Of a stretch of DNA of 47,077 bases, positions 9,812-18,638 are shown one piece after another. Positions within the stretch are counted from its first letter, which is position 1; each line of letters begins with the position of its first letter. Origin of the DNA: an uncultured Candidatus Cloacimonadota bacterium (lineage in GTDB: Bacteria > Cloacimonadota > Cloacimonadia > Cloacimonadales > TCS61); the NCBI GenBank assembly GCA_964419355.1, contig CAYQOZ010000002.1:1-47077 (forward strand), written 5' to 3'. Under the pieces are notes generated by a model. The model searched no databases. It was not told the DNA's origin and saw only the letters and a list, made by a program, of their open reading frames with translations. The position numbers and the translations under genes were made by a program.

Positions 9812-10894
9812 TCAAATTTCATCATGATTTTTTATCTGATTAGTGGGAATTACAACAGGTATTTCGTCAAGTTTTCTCCCAAAAAAAACAAAAATAAGTG
9901 CAAAGAACAAAGTTGCCATAATGAGCAACTCAGTTGACTCCATTTTGAAAACCAAAATAGTTATCAATACAATAATAATATTAATTAAGTAAACGATTAT
10001 TGCAGTTACTTTTGGTGATTTCATGGCATTATCGATACGATGCGTTGAGTGATCTTTACCACCTTGACTAAGTTTTCTTCCATCTCTTTTACGAATGAAA
10101 CTTACCAAAGAGATATCAAAGATTGCATAGCTAAGTAATAATACCGGAAGGAGATAGTAAATATTATTTTCCATTCTAGTTACTGCCAATTTTCCTGCTA
10201 AAATTCCCATTGTGGAGAGGAAATAACCAAAAAACATACTTCCAGCATCACCTAAAAATATTTTTGCCGGATTAAAATTGTAGGGTAAAAAACCAAATAC
10301 AGCACCGGCAAAACTTAATGAAAGAAGTGCAATGAAATTTGACTGAGTAGCAAGCGTATTCGTTTTGCTAATAATACTAAATGCATAAAATCCCAACGCC
10401 AAAATTCCAGACATTCCAGTAATTATTCCATCCATATTATCAAGGAAATTAAGGGCATTCATTAAGCCAATCATCCACAGAAAAACTATGGGAATGGTAA
10501 TGTAAGCGGGACCTAATAGATGAGAAAGGTCATTAAATGCAATGAAGCAAATTACCGCAATTGATTGGCCGAGCATTTTCAAAATTGGTTTCATTCCGAC
10601 TTTATCATCGATAACTCCAACGATAATTATCACGAAAGCACCCAATAAATAACCTAATATTTCCATATTTAATGGGTGAAATTTAGCAATTATGACAATG
10701 CTAACCAACACAAAAAATCCAACAAAAACAGCCAATCCACCCAAAAGAGGAATTGCCTTTTTATGAACTTTTCGCTCTTCTGGATTATCCATAAATTTGG
10801 TTTTGGTTGCATATTTAATAAACAATGGCGTAGTAGCGTAAACAACCAAAAATGAAAGCATTAGCACTGACAGAAACGAATAAATTATATTCAT
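9812..10894 (-). CDS. Polyprenyl-phosphate N-acetylhexosamine-1-phosphate transferase (glycosyltransferase family 4, WecA/MraY-like)
   Basis: 360 aa polytopic membrane protein. Motifs VIDDKVGM, NALNFLDNMDG and FLGDAGSMFFGYFL are characteristic of the MraY/WecA family. Confidence 0.85.
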   Translation of the reverse strand: MNIIYSFLSVLMLSFLVVYATTPLFIKYATKTKFMDNPEERKVHKKAIPLLGGLAVFVGFFVLVSIVIIAKFHPLNMEILGYLLGAFVIIIVGVIDDKVGMKPILKMLGQSIAVICFIAFNDLSHLLGPAYITIPIVFLWMIGLMNALNFLDNMDGIITGMSGILALGFYAFSIISKTNTLATQSNFIALLSLSFAGAVFGFLPYNFNPAKIFLGDAGSMFFGYFLSTMGILAGKLAVTRMENNIYYLLPVLLLSYAIFDISLVSFIRKRDGRKLSQGGKDHSTHRIDNAMKSPKVTAIIVYLINIIIVLITILVFKMESTELLIMATLFFALIFVFFGRKLDEIPVVIPTNQIKNHDEI

Positions 10895-10912
10895 AAATCA
10901 CCTAATTATTTT

Positions 10913-11653
10913 TTATGATAAATCTTCACTTTGTGCAAATCGGCAGAGTTCAAGTTTGCCGTCAACCATTTTTAAATAAGAATTATTTACAAGCCAATCC
11001 CCGGCGTTGGCGTAAATTCCATTTTTAAATTCGATTATTTTCGGAAGATGGGAATGCCCCATAATCACGATATCGTAATTTTCTAATATCTTATTGGAAT
11101 GTTTTATCATTCCCTGTTCGCGAGTTTTCATTTTCATTTTAGTTGTTCGATTTGTGCGACTGGATCGGCTTAAATGTTTTCCGATTTTAAGGGCAAAATC
11201 AGGATGGATAAGAGCAAAAATTTCCATAACAATTTTATTGCGAACTAAAGCACGAAAAATTTTGTAACGCAAATCGTTTGAAGTGTATTTATCTCCGTGA
11301 GTTACAAAAATATTTTTTCCATCTATCTCGGTGGCAAAAAAATCTTTGTAAATTTTAATATCAAGCTGTTCAGCGAGAAAATCTCCAAACCAAAAATCGT
11401 GATTTCCGGCGATAAAAATAATTTTACAACCATTTTCTCGAATATCAGCAAACTTGCGTAAAATAGGGAAATATCCTTTGATAATAACGCTGTTCCACGC
11501 AAACCACAAATCAAAAATATCACCATTCAGAATTAGCATGCCTGCCTCTTTTTCTACCAGCGACAAAAAATCCAAAACTTTTTTTAATCGTTCTACCTCA
11601 TTTTTATTTTCATCAAATTTAAGATGAAAATCGGATGCGATATAAATTTTCAT
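10913..11653 (-). CDS. lpxH: UDP-2,3-diacylglucosamine diphosphatase-like metallophosphoesterase
   Basis: Calcineurin-like motifs SDFHL, NGDIFDLW, GNHDFW and GHSH. Size (246 aa) and the LPS-gene neighbourhood support LpxH, but the specific function is an inference. Confidence 0.65.
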   Translation of the reverse strand: MKIYIASDFHLKFDENKNEVERLKKVLDFLSLVEKEAGMLILNGDIFDLWFAWNSVIIKGYFPILRKFADIRENGCKIIFIAGNHDFWFGDFLAEQLDIKIYKDFFATEIDGKNIFVTHGDKYTSNDLRYKIFRALVRNKIVMEIFALIHPDFALKIGKHLSRSSRTNRTTKMKMKTREQGMIKHSNKILENYDIVIMGHSHLPKIIEFKNGIYANAGDWLVNNSYLKMVDGKLELCRFAQSEDLS

Positions 11654-11660
11654 AATATTT

Positions 11661-12305
11661 CTACCTCGTCATCAAATAATAAAAAATATTTGCTCCCATT
11701 TGGAAAGCAGTTTTTTTAATTTTTGGAGAGTCATTATGTGCATTGCTCCAACCATCAGAAATATTCGATTCGTAAGTGTAAAGCACCATTATCCTGCCAT
11801 TGTTGTCGAAAATGGCAAATGCTTGCGGGCGTTTATCATTGTGTTTATGGATTTTTGGAAGCCCTTTCCCAAACGAAAAATATGCGTGAAATATCTCGTG
11901 ATTTGAAGGAAGTTCTATCATTTTTTTTTCTGGAAATATTTTTTGAATTTCACGACGAAAAGATTCATCCATTCCATAATCGTCATCAGCATAAAGAAAA
12001 CCGCCACGCATTAGATAATTTCGCAGATTTTCAATATCTTTTTCATTAAAAGAAATAGTTCCGTGTCCCGTCAAAAAGAGAAATGGATATTCAAAAAGCT
12101 TTGCATCAGACGGTTTTACGGAAGCTTCTTCAATGCTAAATTTAGTGGAAATAGTTTCGTTGAGATATCTCACCAAATTCGGAATGGCATCGGTGTCATT
12201 ATACCAATCTCCACCTCCATCATAGTGCAATCTGGCAATTTGATTCGAGCCAGAAAGTAACATAAATAAACTAATTAATAGTATAAAAATATAATATTTC
12301 TTCAT
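11661..12305 (-). CDS. DUF4159-like secreted protein
   Basis: I start it at the internal ATG (12305), which gives the signal peptide MKKYYIFILLISLFMLLSG. RLHYDGGGDWYNDTDAIPNL matches the DUF4159 signature. The longer ORF to 12497 would overlap kdsA. Confidence 0.7.
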   Translation of the reverse strand: MKKYYIFILLISLFMLLSGSNQIARLHYDGGGDWYNDTDAIPNLVRYLNETISTKFSIEEASVKPSDAKLFEYPFLFLTGHGTISFNEKDIENLRNYLMRGGFLYADDDYGMDESFRREIQKIFPEKKMIELPSNHEIFHAYFSFGKGLPKIHKHNDKRPQAFAIFDNNGRIMVLYTYESNISDGWSNAHNDSPKIKKTAFQMGANIFYYLMTR

Positions 12306-12423
12306 GCTTTTGATGATTTTTTTTTCTATGAAATTCAGGCAAGGAAAAAAATCTGGACAGAAAAATAGGTAAGTTTCATTTGACAAAAATAAAAATACAT
12401 AATTAAAGACGAAAGAGGATTTT
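12306..12423. promoter_or_regulatory. Divergent promoter region (minus-strand envelope cluster / kdsA operon)
   Basis: 118-bp AT-rich gap between divergently oriented first genes. TTGACA at 12380-12385 faces kdsA, but I cannot find a well-spaced -10 element. Confidence 0.35.
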
Positions 12424-13209
12424 ATGGAACTATATAAACAGCTAAAAGATGAGAAAAAATTTTTCCTCATTGCCGGACCTTGTGTAATCGAGGACAAACA
12501 TTTGATGCTTCAAATTGCGGAGGATTTGAAAAAAATCACTTCATATTTGGGCATTCAATTTATTTTTAAATCATCATACAAAAAAGCAAATAGAACTTCA
12601 ATAAATTCTCCAACTGGAGTTGGTTTGCAAAAGGGTCTGAAACTTTTGAAAAAAATTAAGAGAGAATTTGATGTTCCAATTTTAACTGATGTCCATGAAA
12701 CGAATGAAGTTGATGAAGTTGCTCAAGTAGCGGATATAATTCAAATTCCAGCTTTTCTATCAAGACAGACAGAATTATTGTTAAAAGCAGGTAAATCACA
12801 AAAAATTGTAAACATCAAAAAAGGTCAGTTTATGGCTCCTGAGGATATGCGAAATGTGGCTAAAAAAGTTTTAAGCACCGAAAATAACAAAATATTGCTC
12901 ACCGAAAGAGGAACTATTTTTGGCTATCACAATTTGGTAGTTGATTTTAGGAGTTTTGCGATTTTGAAATCGCTCGGTTATCCAGTGATTTACGACGTAA
13001 CTCACAGTTTGCAAAAGCCATCGATTGGTAAGGTTAGCGGTGGCTCTCCTGAATATGTTTCAATGATGGCAAAAGCGGCTTTAGCAACCGGAATGGTGGA
13101 TGGATTATTTATCGAAACGCATCCGAATCCGCAAAATGCATTTAGTGACGCCAACTCAATGTTGCCACTTTGTGAGCTCAAAGAGCTTCTTAAAATATGT
13201 TTTAAATAA
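12424..13209 (+). CDS. kdsA: 3-deoxy-8-phosphooctulonate synthase (KDO-8-P synthase)
   Basis: 261 aa. KSSYKKANRTS, TDVHE, IQIPAFLSRQTELL and DVTHSLQ are close to canonical KdsA motifs. Confidence 0.93.
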   Translation: MELYKQLKDEKKFFLIAGPCVIEDKHLMLQIAEDLKKITSYLGIQFIFKSSYKKANRTSINSPTGVGLQKGLKLLKKIKREFDVPILTDVHETNEVDEVAQVADIIQIPAFLSRQTELLLKAGKSQKIVNIKKGQFMAPEDMRNVAKKVLSTENNKILLTERGTIFGYHNLVVDFRSFAILKSLGYPVIYDVTHSLQKPSIGKVSGGSPEYVSMMAKAALATGMVDGLFIETHPNPQNAFSDANSMLPLCELKELLKICFK

Positions 13210-13265
13210 AAAAATATAGAAAACTTTCTGAACCAAAATGGAGAGAATTTTAGCAAAGGAGAAAT

Positions 13266-13793
13266 ATGCAGGATTGGAAAAAAATAAAACTGATAATTTT
13301 GGATAACGATGGTGTGCTTACCGACGGAAAATTGGTTTACAATAATAATTTGGTGGAGAGCAAAAATTTTAATGCAAAAGATGGTTTGGGGATCAAAATG
13401 CTCTCTTTTAGTTCTATCAAATTGGCGATTATTACCGGGAAAAAATCGGAAATAGTAAAACTGAGATGTGAAGAACTTGGCATTAAATATTTATTTCAAA
13501 AGGTAGATAATAAGCTAAAAATTGCCGAGAAATTAGTTCAAAAATTAAATTTAAAGTGGGAAAATGTAGCATATTTAGGTGATGATTGGAACGATTATCC
13601 AGTCTTCCGAAAATGTAAATTATCAGCTACAACCGCCGATGCATTTCCTACAATTAAAGAAAAAGTGAATGTGATTTTGACGAGAAAAGGTGGCGAAGGT
13701 GCCGTCCGCGAATTTATTGAAATGATTTTGCAAAAACAGGGAATTTATGAAGAAACTGTGGAAAAACTCATCGCTTATTTGGAAAGTAAGTAG
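13266..13793 (+). CDS. kdsC: 3-deoxy-D-manno-octulosonate-8-phosphate phosphatase (HAD-IIIA)
   Basis: 175 aa. HAD motif I is LDNDGVLTDG, followed by KDG and a GDDWNDYP motif. It lies adjacent to kdsA. Confidence 0.88.
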   Translation: MQDWKKIKLIILDNDGVLTDGKLVYNNNLVESKNFNAKDGLGIKMLSFSSIKLAIITGKKSEIVKLRCEELGIKYLFQKVDNKLKIAEKLVQKLNLKWENVAYLGDDWNDYPVFRKCKLSATTADAFPTIKEKVNVILTRKGGEGAVREFIEMILQKQGIYEETVEKLIAYLESK

Positions 13794-14301
13794 TTTTTTA
13801 ATTCTCCTTTCTTGCACTCCACCAAAACAGTCAAAGCAAACAGGTTTAAATGGACAAATTCCTGATGAGCAAGCCGATTCGGTGTATGTTATCTCTACAA
13901 CTGGAAATACTATCGATTATGAAATGACGGCAAAATTTATGTATAAATTTTATGATAAAAAGCTCACTTTGGCGGATTCTGTATTTATCACTTTTTTCTA
14001 TGAAGATGGCTCGATTAAATCAACTTTTTATAGCGATAAAGCCGAAATGGATGAGGTTGAGAACAAACTTGTCGGAGTTGGAAATATCATTATCACAAGT
14101 GAAAATGGTGTTATGAAAGCTCCGCGAGTGGTTTTGGATAGAAATACAAATCAACTTTTTGCGTCGGATGGTGTAACTTTGATTCGTAGCAATAATGTAT
14201 TGAAAGGTGAGCAGATGCGGTCAGATTTGAATTTAGATAGAGCGGAGATTATCAAAGTTTCTGCTGAAGGTGAACTTGAAAATGAAGATTTCGATTTTTA
14301 G
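13747..14301 (+). CDS. lptC: LptC-like LPS export protein (lipoprotein-type signal)
   Basis: 184 aa. N-terminal signal with LLSC, beta-jellyroll-like repeats, and a position between kdsC and an OstA/LptA-like gene as in the kdsC-lptC-lptA arrangement. Confidence 0.6.
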   Translation: MKKLWKNSSLIWKVSSFLILLSCTPPKQSKQTGLNGQIPDEQADSVYVISTTGNTIDYEMTAKFMYKFYDKKLTLADSVFITFFYEDGSIKSTFYSDKAEMDEVENKLVGVGNIIITSENGVMKAPRVVLDRNTNQLFASDGVTLIRSNNVLKGEQMRSDLNLDRAEIIKVSAEGELENEDFDF

Positions 14302-15367
14302 ATTCTTACTTATTTTTTTTGCTTTTTGTTCATTTTTGGTTGCGGAAGAAACTGAGCTACGACCCTACAGATTAATCAATGCTGACACTTTAGTAATCAA
14401 AAAACATAACGATGAATTTGTGAGCAATCTTTTGGGAAATGTCCATTTTTTTTATGGTGATACCGAATTTTTTTCTGATAAAGCCGATATATTTGAGAAG
14501 CAGAAAATGGTCCGTCTTTGGGGAGATGTGAAAGTTCGTGAAGACACGCTCAGTTTGTTTGCAGATAAGGTAAATTATTATCGCGAGACGGAAAAATTTT
14601 ATCTCAATGGAAATGTGTTTGTCAAAGAAACTCATGTCGATTCAACCTATCGAACTTTCAATGCAGACAACATAAAATACTTTAGAAATGAACGAGAAAT
14701 CTATGCAATAAATAATGTTTTGACTTATGATCAGAGAGAAAATTTATACGGAAAATGCGGTGAATTGAACTACTTTATTGAAGAAGGTTTTGGATATTTG
14801 ATGAAAAAACCGTTACTCTATTTTTCCAAAGAAGATTCGCTTTCTATTTCTGCCGAAAAGATAGAATATTATGAAGATTATAAAAAAATTATTGCAAAGT
14901 TTAATGTTGTTACAAAATCAAATAAATCTGATATTTATAGCAATTTTTTACTCTATTTTTCTGAAGATGAAAAAGCAATTTATCAAGGTAACCCAAGATT
15001 AATTTCCGAATTTGCCGATGCTTTTGCAGAAGAATTTCAGATATATTTCAAAAATGAAATGATTAGAAAAATAGAACTTTTTGATTCCTGCCGAGTTGAA
15101 TTCAAAACTGCAGAAAATTCCGAAAAAAAATCTTGGGTTACAGCTCAAAATATGATCTTTAAATATTTGGATGGAAAACTAAAAATATGTGACGCTAGAA
15201 TAAATGTCGATTCTTTTTTTAATCAGGAAAAAAGCGAAACTAAAAATCTGATAAAAAATAGAGCATCTGGACAACATCTTGTCATCAAAATTACCGCCGA
15301 TGAAAAGATAGAATCACTTCAGCTCACAAACGATATAAAAGGTACCTATAAATTCATTAAAAATTAG
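14270..15367 (+). CDS. OstA/LptA-family periplasmic protein (extended, 365 aa)
   Basis: Signal peptide FLLIFFAFCSFLVA. OstA_N-like repeats (GNVHFFYGDTEFFSDKADIF...LWGDVKV...LNGNVFV). Its last 239 nt form part of direct-repeat copy 1. Confidence 0.7.
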   Translation: MNLKMKISIFRFLLIFFAFCSFLVAEETELRPYRLINADTLVIKKHNDEFVSNLLGNVHFFYGDTEFFSDKADIFEKQKMVRLWGDVKVREDTLSLFADKVNYYRETEKFYLNGNVFVKETHVDSTYRTFNADNIKYFRNEREIYAINNVLTYDQRENLYGKCGELNYFIEEGFGYLMKKPLLYFSKEDSLSISAEKIEYYEDYKKIIAKFNVVTKSNKSDIYSNFLLYFSEDEKAIYQGNPRLISEFADAFAEEFQIYFKNEMIRKIELFDSCRVEFKTAENSEKKSWVTAQNMIFKYLDGKLKICDARINVDSFFNQEKSETKNLIKNRASGQHLVIKITADEKIESLQLTNDIKGTYKFIKN

Positions 15368-15402
15368 CACTTTATGTTCATTCTTTAAATAATTTCTTGA
15401 CA
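15129..15402 (+). repeat. Direct repeat copy 1 (274 bp): 3' end of the lptA-like CDS plus 35 nt downstream
   Basis: Manual alignment with 18400-18673 gives 273/274 identical positions. The single mismatch is 15386 T versus 18657 A. Both copies end in TTGACA. Confidence 0.95.
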
Positions 15403-15459
15403 CGTTATTATCATAATTAACTTTTCGAACTGTAAATTAAATCTGGAATGGAGGAACTG

Positions 15460-15528
15460 ATGAATGTTTATTATTTTGTTGTGCCTTTTGCTTCTCTCTC
15501 TCTCTCATCACTATTAGTATTTCAGTAA
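15460..15528 (+). CDS. Candidate 22-aa hydrophobic leader/small peptide (MNVYYFVVPFASLSLSSLLVFQ)
   Basis: GGAGG at 15450-15454 sits 5 nt before the ATG. The ORF contains the (TC)7 tract. There is no homology evidence. Confidence 0.25.
   Translation: MNVYYFVVPFASLSLSSLLVFQ
15493..15506 (+). repeat. (TC)7 dinucleotide microsatellite
   Basis: TCTCTCTCTCTCTC read directly. It is the only dinucleotide run of this length that I noticed in the window. Confidence 0.95.
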
Positions 15529-15768
15529 ATTATGGACTTTCTCTTTCTAAGCATTCAAAAGTTCATCGCTCAAATAAAAAAATATTTTCTCTATTTGGTA
15601 AATTCAAATTTCCTTAACTATTACCTTTTCAGAATGCTTTTCTGCTGGAAAGATTTTGTATTTTTTATAGGAAAGACTTTTTTAACAACGCTCCGGAAAA
15701 GAAGGCAAACCAAAAGGGGCAAAAAATATAACTCGGTATAAAATTATGCCGGGAAAAAGGAGAATGTT

Positions 15769-16140
15769 ATGTTTACAAAGAGAAATACGGTCGTGATTGC
15801 TTTAATAGCAGTTTTTGTGATGGCTGCGATAATCTTAAGTGCTTCTACAATTAGAGCACATGTCTCAACCAGTGTCTCAGGAAGTGCTTATGATGGTCAT
15901 GTTTGTGCACGTTATGAAGGTGCTACATGTACTCTATGGGAAGTTTATTATGGTCCAAATACATATTCGTTTACTTGGTTTAGTAGTGTAGGAGCGTTGT
16001 ATTCATATGCCAGAGTTACAGATAGAGGTAGGTCAGATGCAGGAACTGGTGGCACAAGTACTCTCGAGGATATTTATTTACATCTTCCCGGATCTATACC
16101 GCCTATACCGTATGATCCAACGATACCTAATAATAAGTAA
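15769..16140 (+). CDS. Small exported or membrane-anchored protein of unknown function (123 aa)
   Basis: AGGAG RBS upstream. The N-terminal hydrophobic helix VVIALIAVFVMAAIILSAS is followed by a Gly/Ser/Tyr-rich domain with 3 Cys and a Pro-rich tail. It is visibly richer in G+C than its neighbours. Confidence 0.6.
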   Translation: MFTKRNTVVIALIAVFVMAAIILSASTIRAHVSTSVSGSAYDGHVCARYEGATCTLWEVYYGPNTYSFTWFSSVGALYSYARVTDRGRSDAGTGGTSTLEDIYLHLPGSIPPIPYDPTIPNNK

Positions 16141-16150
16141 AAGCTAATGA

Positions 16151-16174
16151 AATACCCCACTATAGTGGGGTATT
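16151..16174 (+). promoter_or_regulatory. Perfect 10-bp intercistronic stem-loop
   Basis: AATACCCCAC, loop TATA, GTGGGGTATT. No T-tract follows, so it is more likely an mRNA processing/stability element or a partial attenuator than a full terminator. Confidence 0.5.
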
Positions 16175-16188
16175 GTTGTGAGGTAATT

Positions 16189-18360
16189 ATGATAAAATCT
16201 AACTCTCCATTGTTCATATTATTGATTCCAATTTGCTTAATGACAATTGAAGTAGAGAAAATTTCTGAATTTGCCATTTCAGAAGTTTACAATGCATCAG
16301 AAAATTCAATGCAACTTCGGGAGAATTATTTATTCGCTGTGAATAGTAGAAGTTTTCAAATATTCAATGTTTCCGAAGGGTCTCTTAATTTGGTTCAAGA
16401 AATGAATTTAGAAGGCGATTTAAGAAGAATAACATTGTGTAATAATTATGCTTATGTATCTACCTTGCCAATAACCAGCAGATTATATAGGATAAATATC
16501 TCCGATTTAAGTTCACCAGTAATAACAGATACAATTACATACTTAGGTAATTATGTTCATTTTGCAGACAATAATCATATTTTTGTACATGAATTTTCTT
16601 CAACAGATGGTTCGTTCATTATTCATATTTATGATAATGAAACATTTGAGGAACTTACTATTTTCGAAATTCCAGAAGTATTATGGCCAATGAAATATAT
16701 CAAAAATGGTGTAGGAACTGTAAAAGATTATACAAATCTCCATTTATACGATTTAACTGATATTTATAATATAACTGAGATTCATTCATTTCTCCTACCA
16801 AATGGAAATACAACTTCTCACTATAAAGTTCGTATAGTTCAAGACGAATATTTGTTTATTAACACTCTCGATGGTATTGAAATTTATAGTTTGGTTTCTC
16901 AGAATCAATTAGAGTTATTAAATACTATAAGCGGTAATAATTTATATTATGAAGTAGATAGTGCTAAGATGGTTGTTGTTGAAGAAAATAATTTATGGCT
17001 CTATAATCTAATCAATCCAGGCAATCCTGAATTGATTGATAGCGTTATAAATAATCCTTATTTAAATTGGTATAACAATTTACAATTCAATGAAGGTCAT
17101 TTATCTTTAACGACAATACAAGGTAAACTGTTTCTCTATTCTACAACCGATAATACATTGCAACAAATAGATACTAATTATTCATATGGCAGATTACATA
17201 ACGCTCACTTACATAATGAGCATGTATATATTGCAACATATCTCAATGGAATAACAAACTTCGATTTAGGAAATATATTTTCTCCTCAATATACAAACAA
17301 TACACATCAAAATTTTACATGGTTGAATATGACCGGAGATAATGATATTATAATTCCCGGAGGTATCGATACTGAATATAATACTTTCAAGAATGTGATT
17401 ATGTCTGTTAATAGTGATGAATTTAATGTGTTGTATACTCAAGAATCAACTTCTGAATATACCTATTTTATCTATTATTTTGATGAAGTTGGTTACTTCA
17501 AGATTGCCGAATCTACCCTTTATAAATATCAAATTGATGAGAACAATAATTTGATTGAAACAGCTCAAGTTGATTTACCGGAAACATACAATGCTGGTTC
17601 TATTTTTTTTAATGGAAACTGTGCATATATAATTTACTCGGGTTACATTGCAATTATTGAGAACATAAACAATGCAAATATTTCATTTTCAAATGAAATT
17701 TCTATTCCAGATGAAAGTTCAGATATTTATTTTTATAACAATTATATGTTTGTTTGTAATCAGTATCTTGGTGATTCTTATATATACAATATTGAAGACC
17801 CCATCAATCCAGAATTGATGTTAACCATTGAAAATAGTGGCTTTATAGGTATAGATCAAGATAATGAATTACTCTTTATGGGATATTTTTTCTGTGAAAT
17901 ATACGATCTTTCAACTATTCATTCGGGAGTTATTAATCAAATTGGTATGTTTCAAAATTGGTCTCATTGTGAAGAAATTATCCCATTTAAAAGAGATAAT
18001 GAGAATTACATTATCTATCTGGAAGATACTTCTTGTTCAATTTATCATTATGACGATATTTCTAACTCTAATGAACAACAGATTTTAACTCTAAAATCGA
18101 ATGTTTTCAACCATCCCAACCCGTTCAGTGGTGAAACCACGATTTCTTTTTCTTTAACCACAGAGAGCACAAAGAACGCAGAGTTGATAATCTATAATAT
18201 CAAAGGTCAAATTGTTGATCAATTAACCGTTACCGAAGGCGACAATAGCCATTGTCGCTTACAATGGAATGCGTCTGGACAAGCATCAGGAATTTATCTC
18301 TACAAACTTGTCGTCGATGGTAAAGATGTTGATACGAAAAAGATGATACTCTTGAAATAA
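16189..18360 (+). CDS. T9SS-sorted secreted protein with LVIVD-like beta-propeller repeats
   Basis: I start it at ATG 16189 (GAGG RBS, signal peptide MIKSNSPLFILLIPICLM). Recurrent motifs such as YAYVST...LYRINISDLSSPVI, LHLYDLTDIYN, LWLYNLINPGNPELI and SYIYNIEDPINPELM. The C-terminal NHPNPFSGETTISFSL...ASGIYLYKLVVDGKDVDTKKMILLK is a T9SS CTD. Confidence 0.8.
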   Translation: MIKSNSPLFILLIPICLMTIEVEKISEFAISEVYNASENSMQLRENYLFAVNSRSFQIFNVSEGSLNLVQEMNLEGDLRRITLCNNYAYVSTLPITSRLYRINISDLSSPVITDTITYLGNYVHFADNNHIFVHEFSSTDGSFIIHIYDNETFEELTIFEIPEVLWPMKYIKNGVGTVKDYTNLHLYDLTDIYNITEIHSFLLPNGNTTSHYKVRIVQDEYLFINTLDGIEIYSLVSQNQLELLNTISGNNLYYEVDSAKMVVVEENNLWLYNLINPGNPELIDSVINNPYLNWYNNLQFNEGHLSLTTIQGKLFLYSTTDNTLQQIDTNYSYGRLHNAHLHNEHVYIATYLNGITNFDLGNIFSPQYTNNTHQNFTWLNMTGDNDIIIPGGIDTEYNTFKNVIMSVNSDEFNVLYTQESTSEYTYFIYYFDEVGYFKIAESTLYKYQIDENNNLIETAQVDLPETYNAGSIFFNGNCAYIIYSGYIAIIENINNANISFSNEISIPDESSDIYFYNNYMFVCNQYLGDSYIYNIEDPINPELMLTIENSGFIGIDQDNELLFMGYFFCEIYDLSTIHSGVINQIGMFQNWSHCEEIIPFKRDNENYIIYLEDTSCSIYHYDDISNSNEQQILTLKSNVFNHPNPFSGETTISFSLTTESTKNAELIIYNIKGQIVDQLTVTEGDNSHCRLQWNASGQASGIYLYKLVVDGKDVDTKKMILLK

Positions 18361-18366
18361 TGTAGC

Positions 18367-18390
18367 TCAACATTTCGATGTTGAATTTTT
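18367..18390 (+). terminator. Candidate rho-independent terminator of the T9SS cargo gene
   Basis: TCAACAT, loop TTCG, ATGTTGA (7-bp stem) followed by ATTTTT. The stem is AT-rich, hence moderate confidence. Confidence 0.5.
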
Positions 18391-18399
18391 CGAGATTGG

Positions 18400-18638
18400 A
18401 ATCTTGGGTTACAGCTCAAAATATGATCTTTAAATATTTGGATGGAAAACTAAAAATATGTGACGCTAGAATAAATGTCGATTCTTTTTTTAATCAGGAA
18501 AAAAGCGAAACTAAAAATCTGATAAAAAATAGAGCATCTGGACAACATCTTGTCATCAAAATTACCGCCGATGAAAAGATAGAATCACTTCAGCTCACAA
18601 ACGATATAAAAGGTACCTATAAATTCATTAAAAATTAG
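18400..18638 (+). pseudogene. Duplicated 3' fragment of the lptA/OstA-like gene (last 79 codons plus stop)
   Basis: The encoded peptide SWVTAQNMIFKYLDGKLKICDARINVD...GTYKFIKN is identical to the C-terminus of the 14270-15367 product. It lacks the signal peptide and the OstA N-terminal domain. Confidence 0.8.

Noticed and set aside
12380-12385. TTGACA hexamers in intergenic DNA (12380, 15397, 18668, 30436, 43596) as sigma-70 -35 boxes
   Set aside because: They recur suggestively, but none has a TATAAT-like element at 16-18 nt. The ATAAT-like sequences lie only 8-13 nt away. They are therefore not annotated as defined promoters, and the promoter grammar of this lineage is unknown to me.
11661-12497. 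Full 278-codon ORF for the DUF4159-like gene
   Set aside because: The N-terminal 64 codons are low-complexity, lack a signal peptide and overlap the kdsA start on the opposite strand. The internal ATG at 12305 gives a clean signal peptide, so the shorter model was used.
15493-15506. CRISPR array or larger tandem repeat
   Set aside because: It is only a 14-nt dinucleotide tract. No spaced direct repeats typical of CRISPR occur anywhere in the window.
15532-15741. 69-aa ORF in the cassette leader
   Set aside because: There is no RBS, the composition is Phe/Leu/Lys-rich as expected from AT-rich noncoding DNA, and it ends in a basic low-complexity tail.
16147-16188. Upstream ATG start (MKYPTIVGYCCEVI) for the LVIVD-like gene
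   Set aside because: These codons are the two arms of the perfect 16151-16174 stem-loop. The GAGG RBS precedes ATG 16189, which gives a proper signal peptide.
18378-18638. 86-aa ORF as a real gene
   Set aside because: Apart from 8 novel N-terminal codons that begin inside the upstream terminator hairpin, it is an exact copy of the C-terminal 78 residues of the lptA-like protein. It has no signal peptide or RBS, so it is treated as a by-product of the 274-bp duplication (pseudogene).
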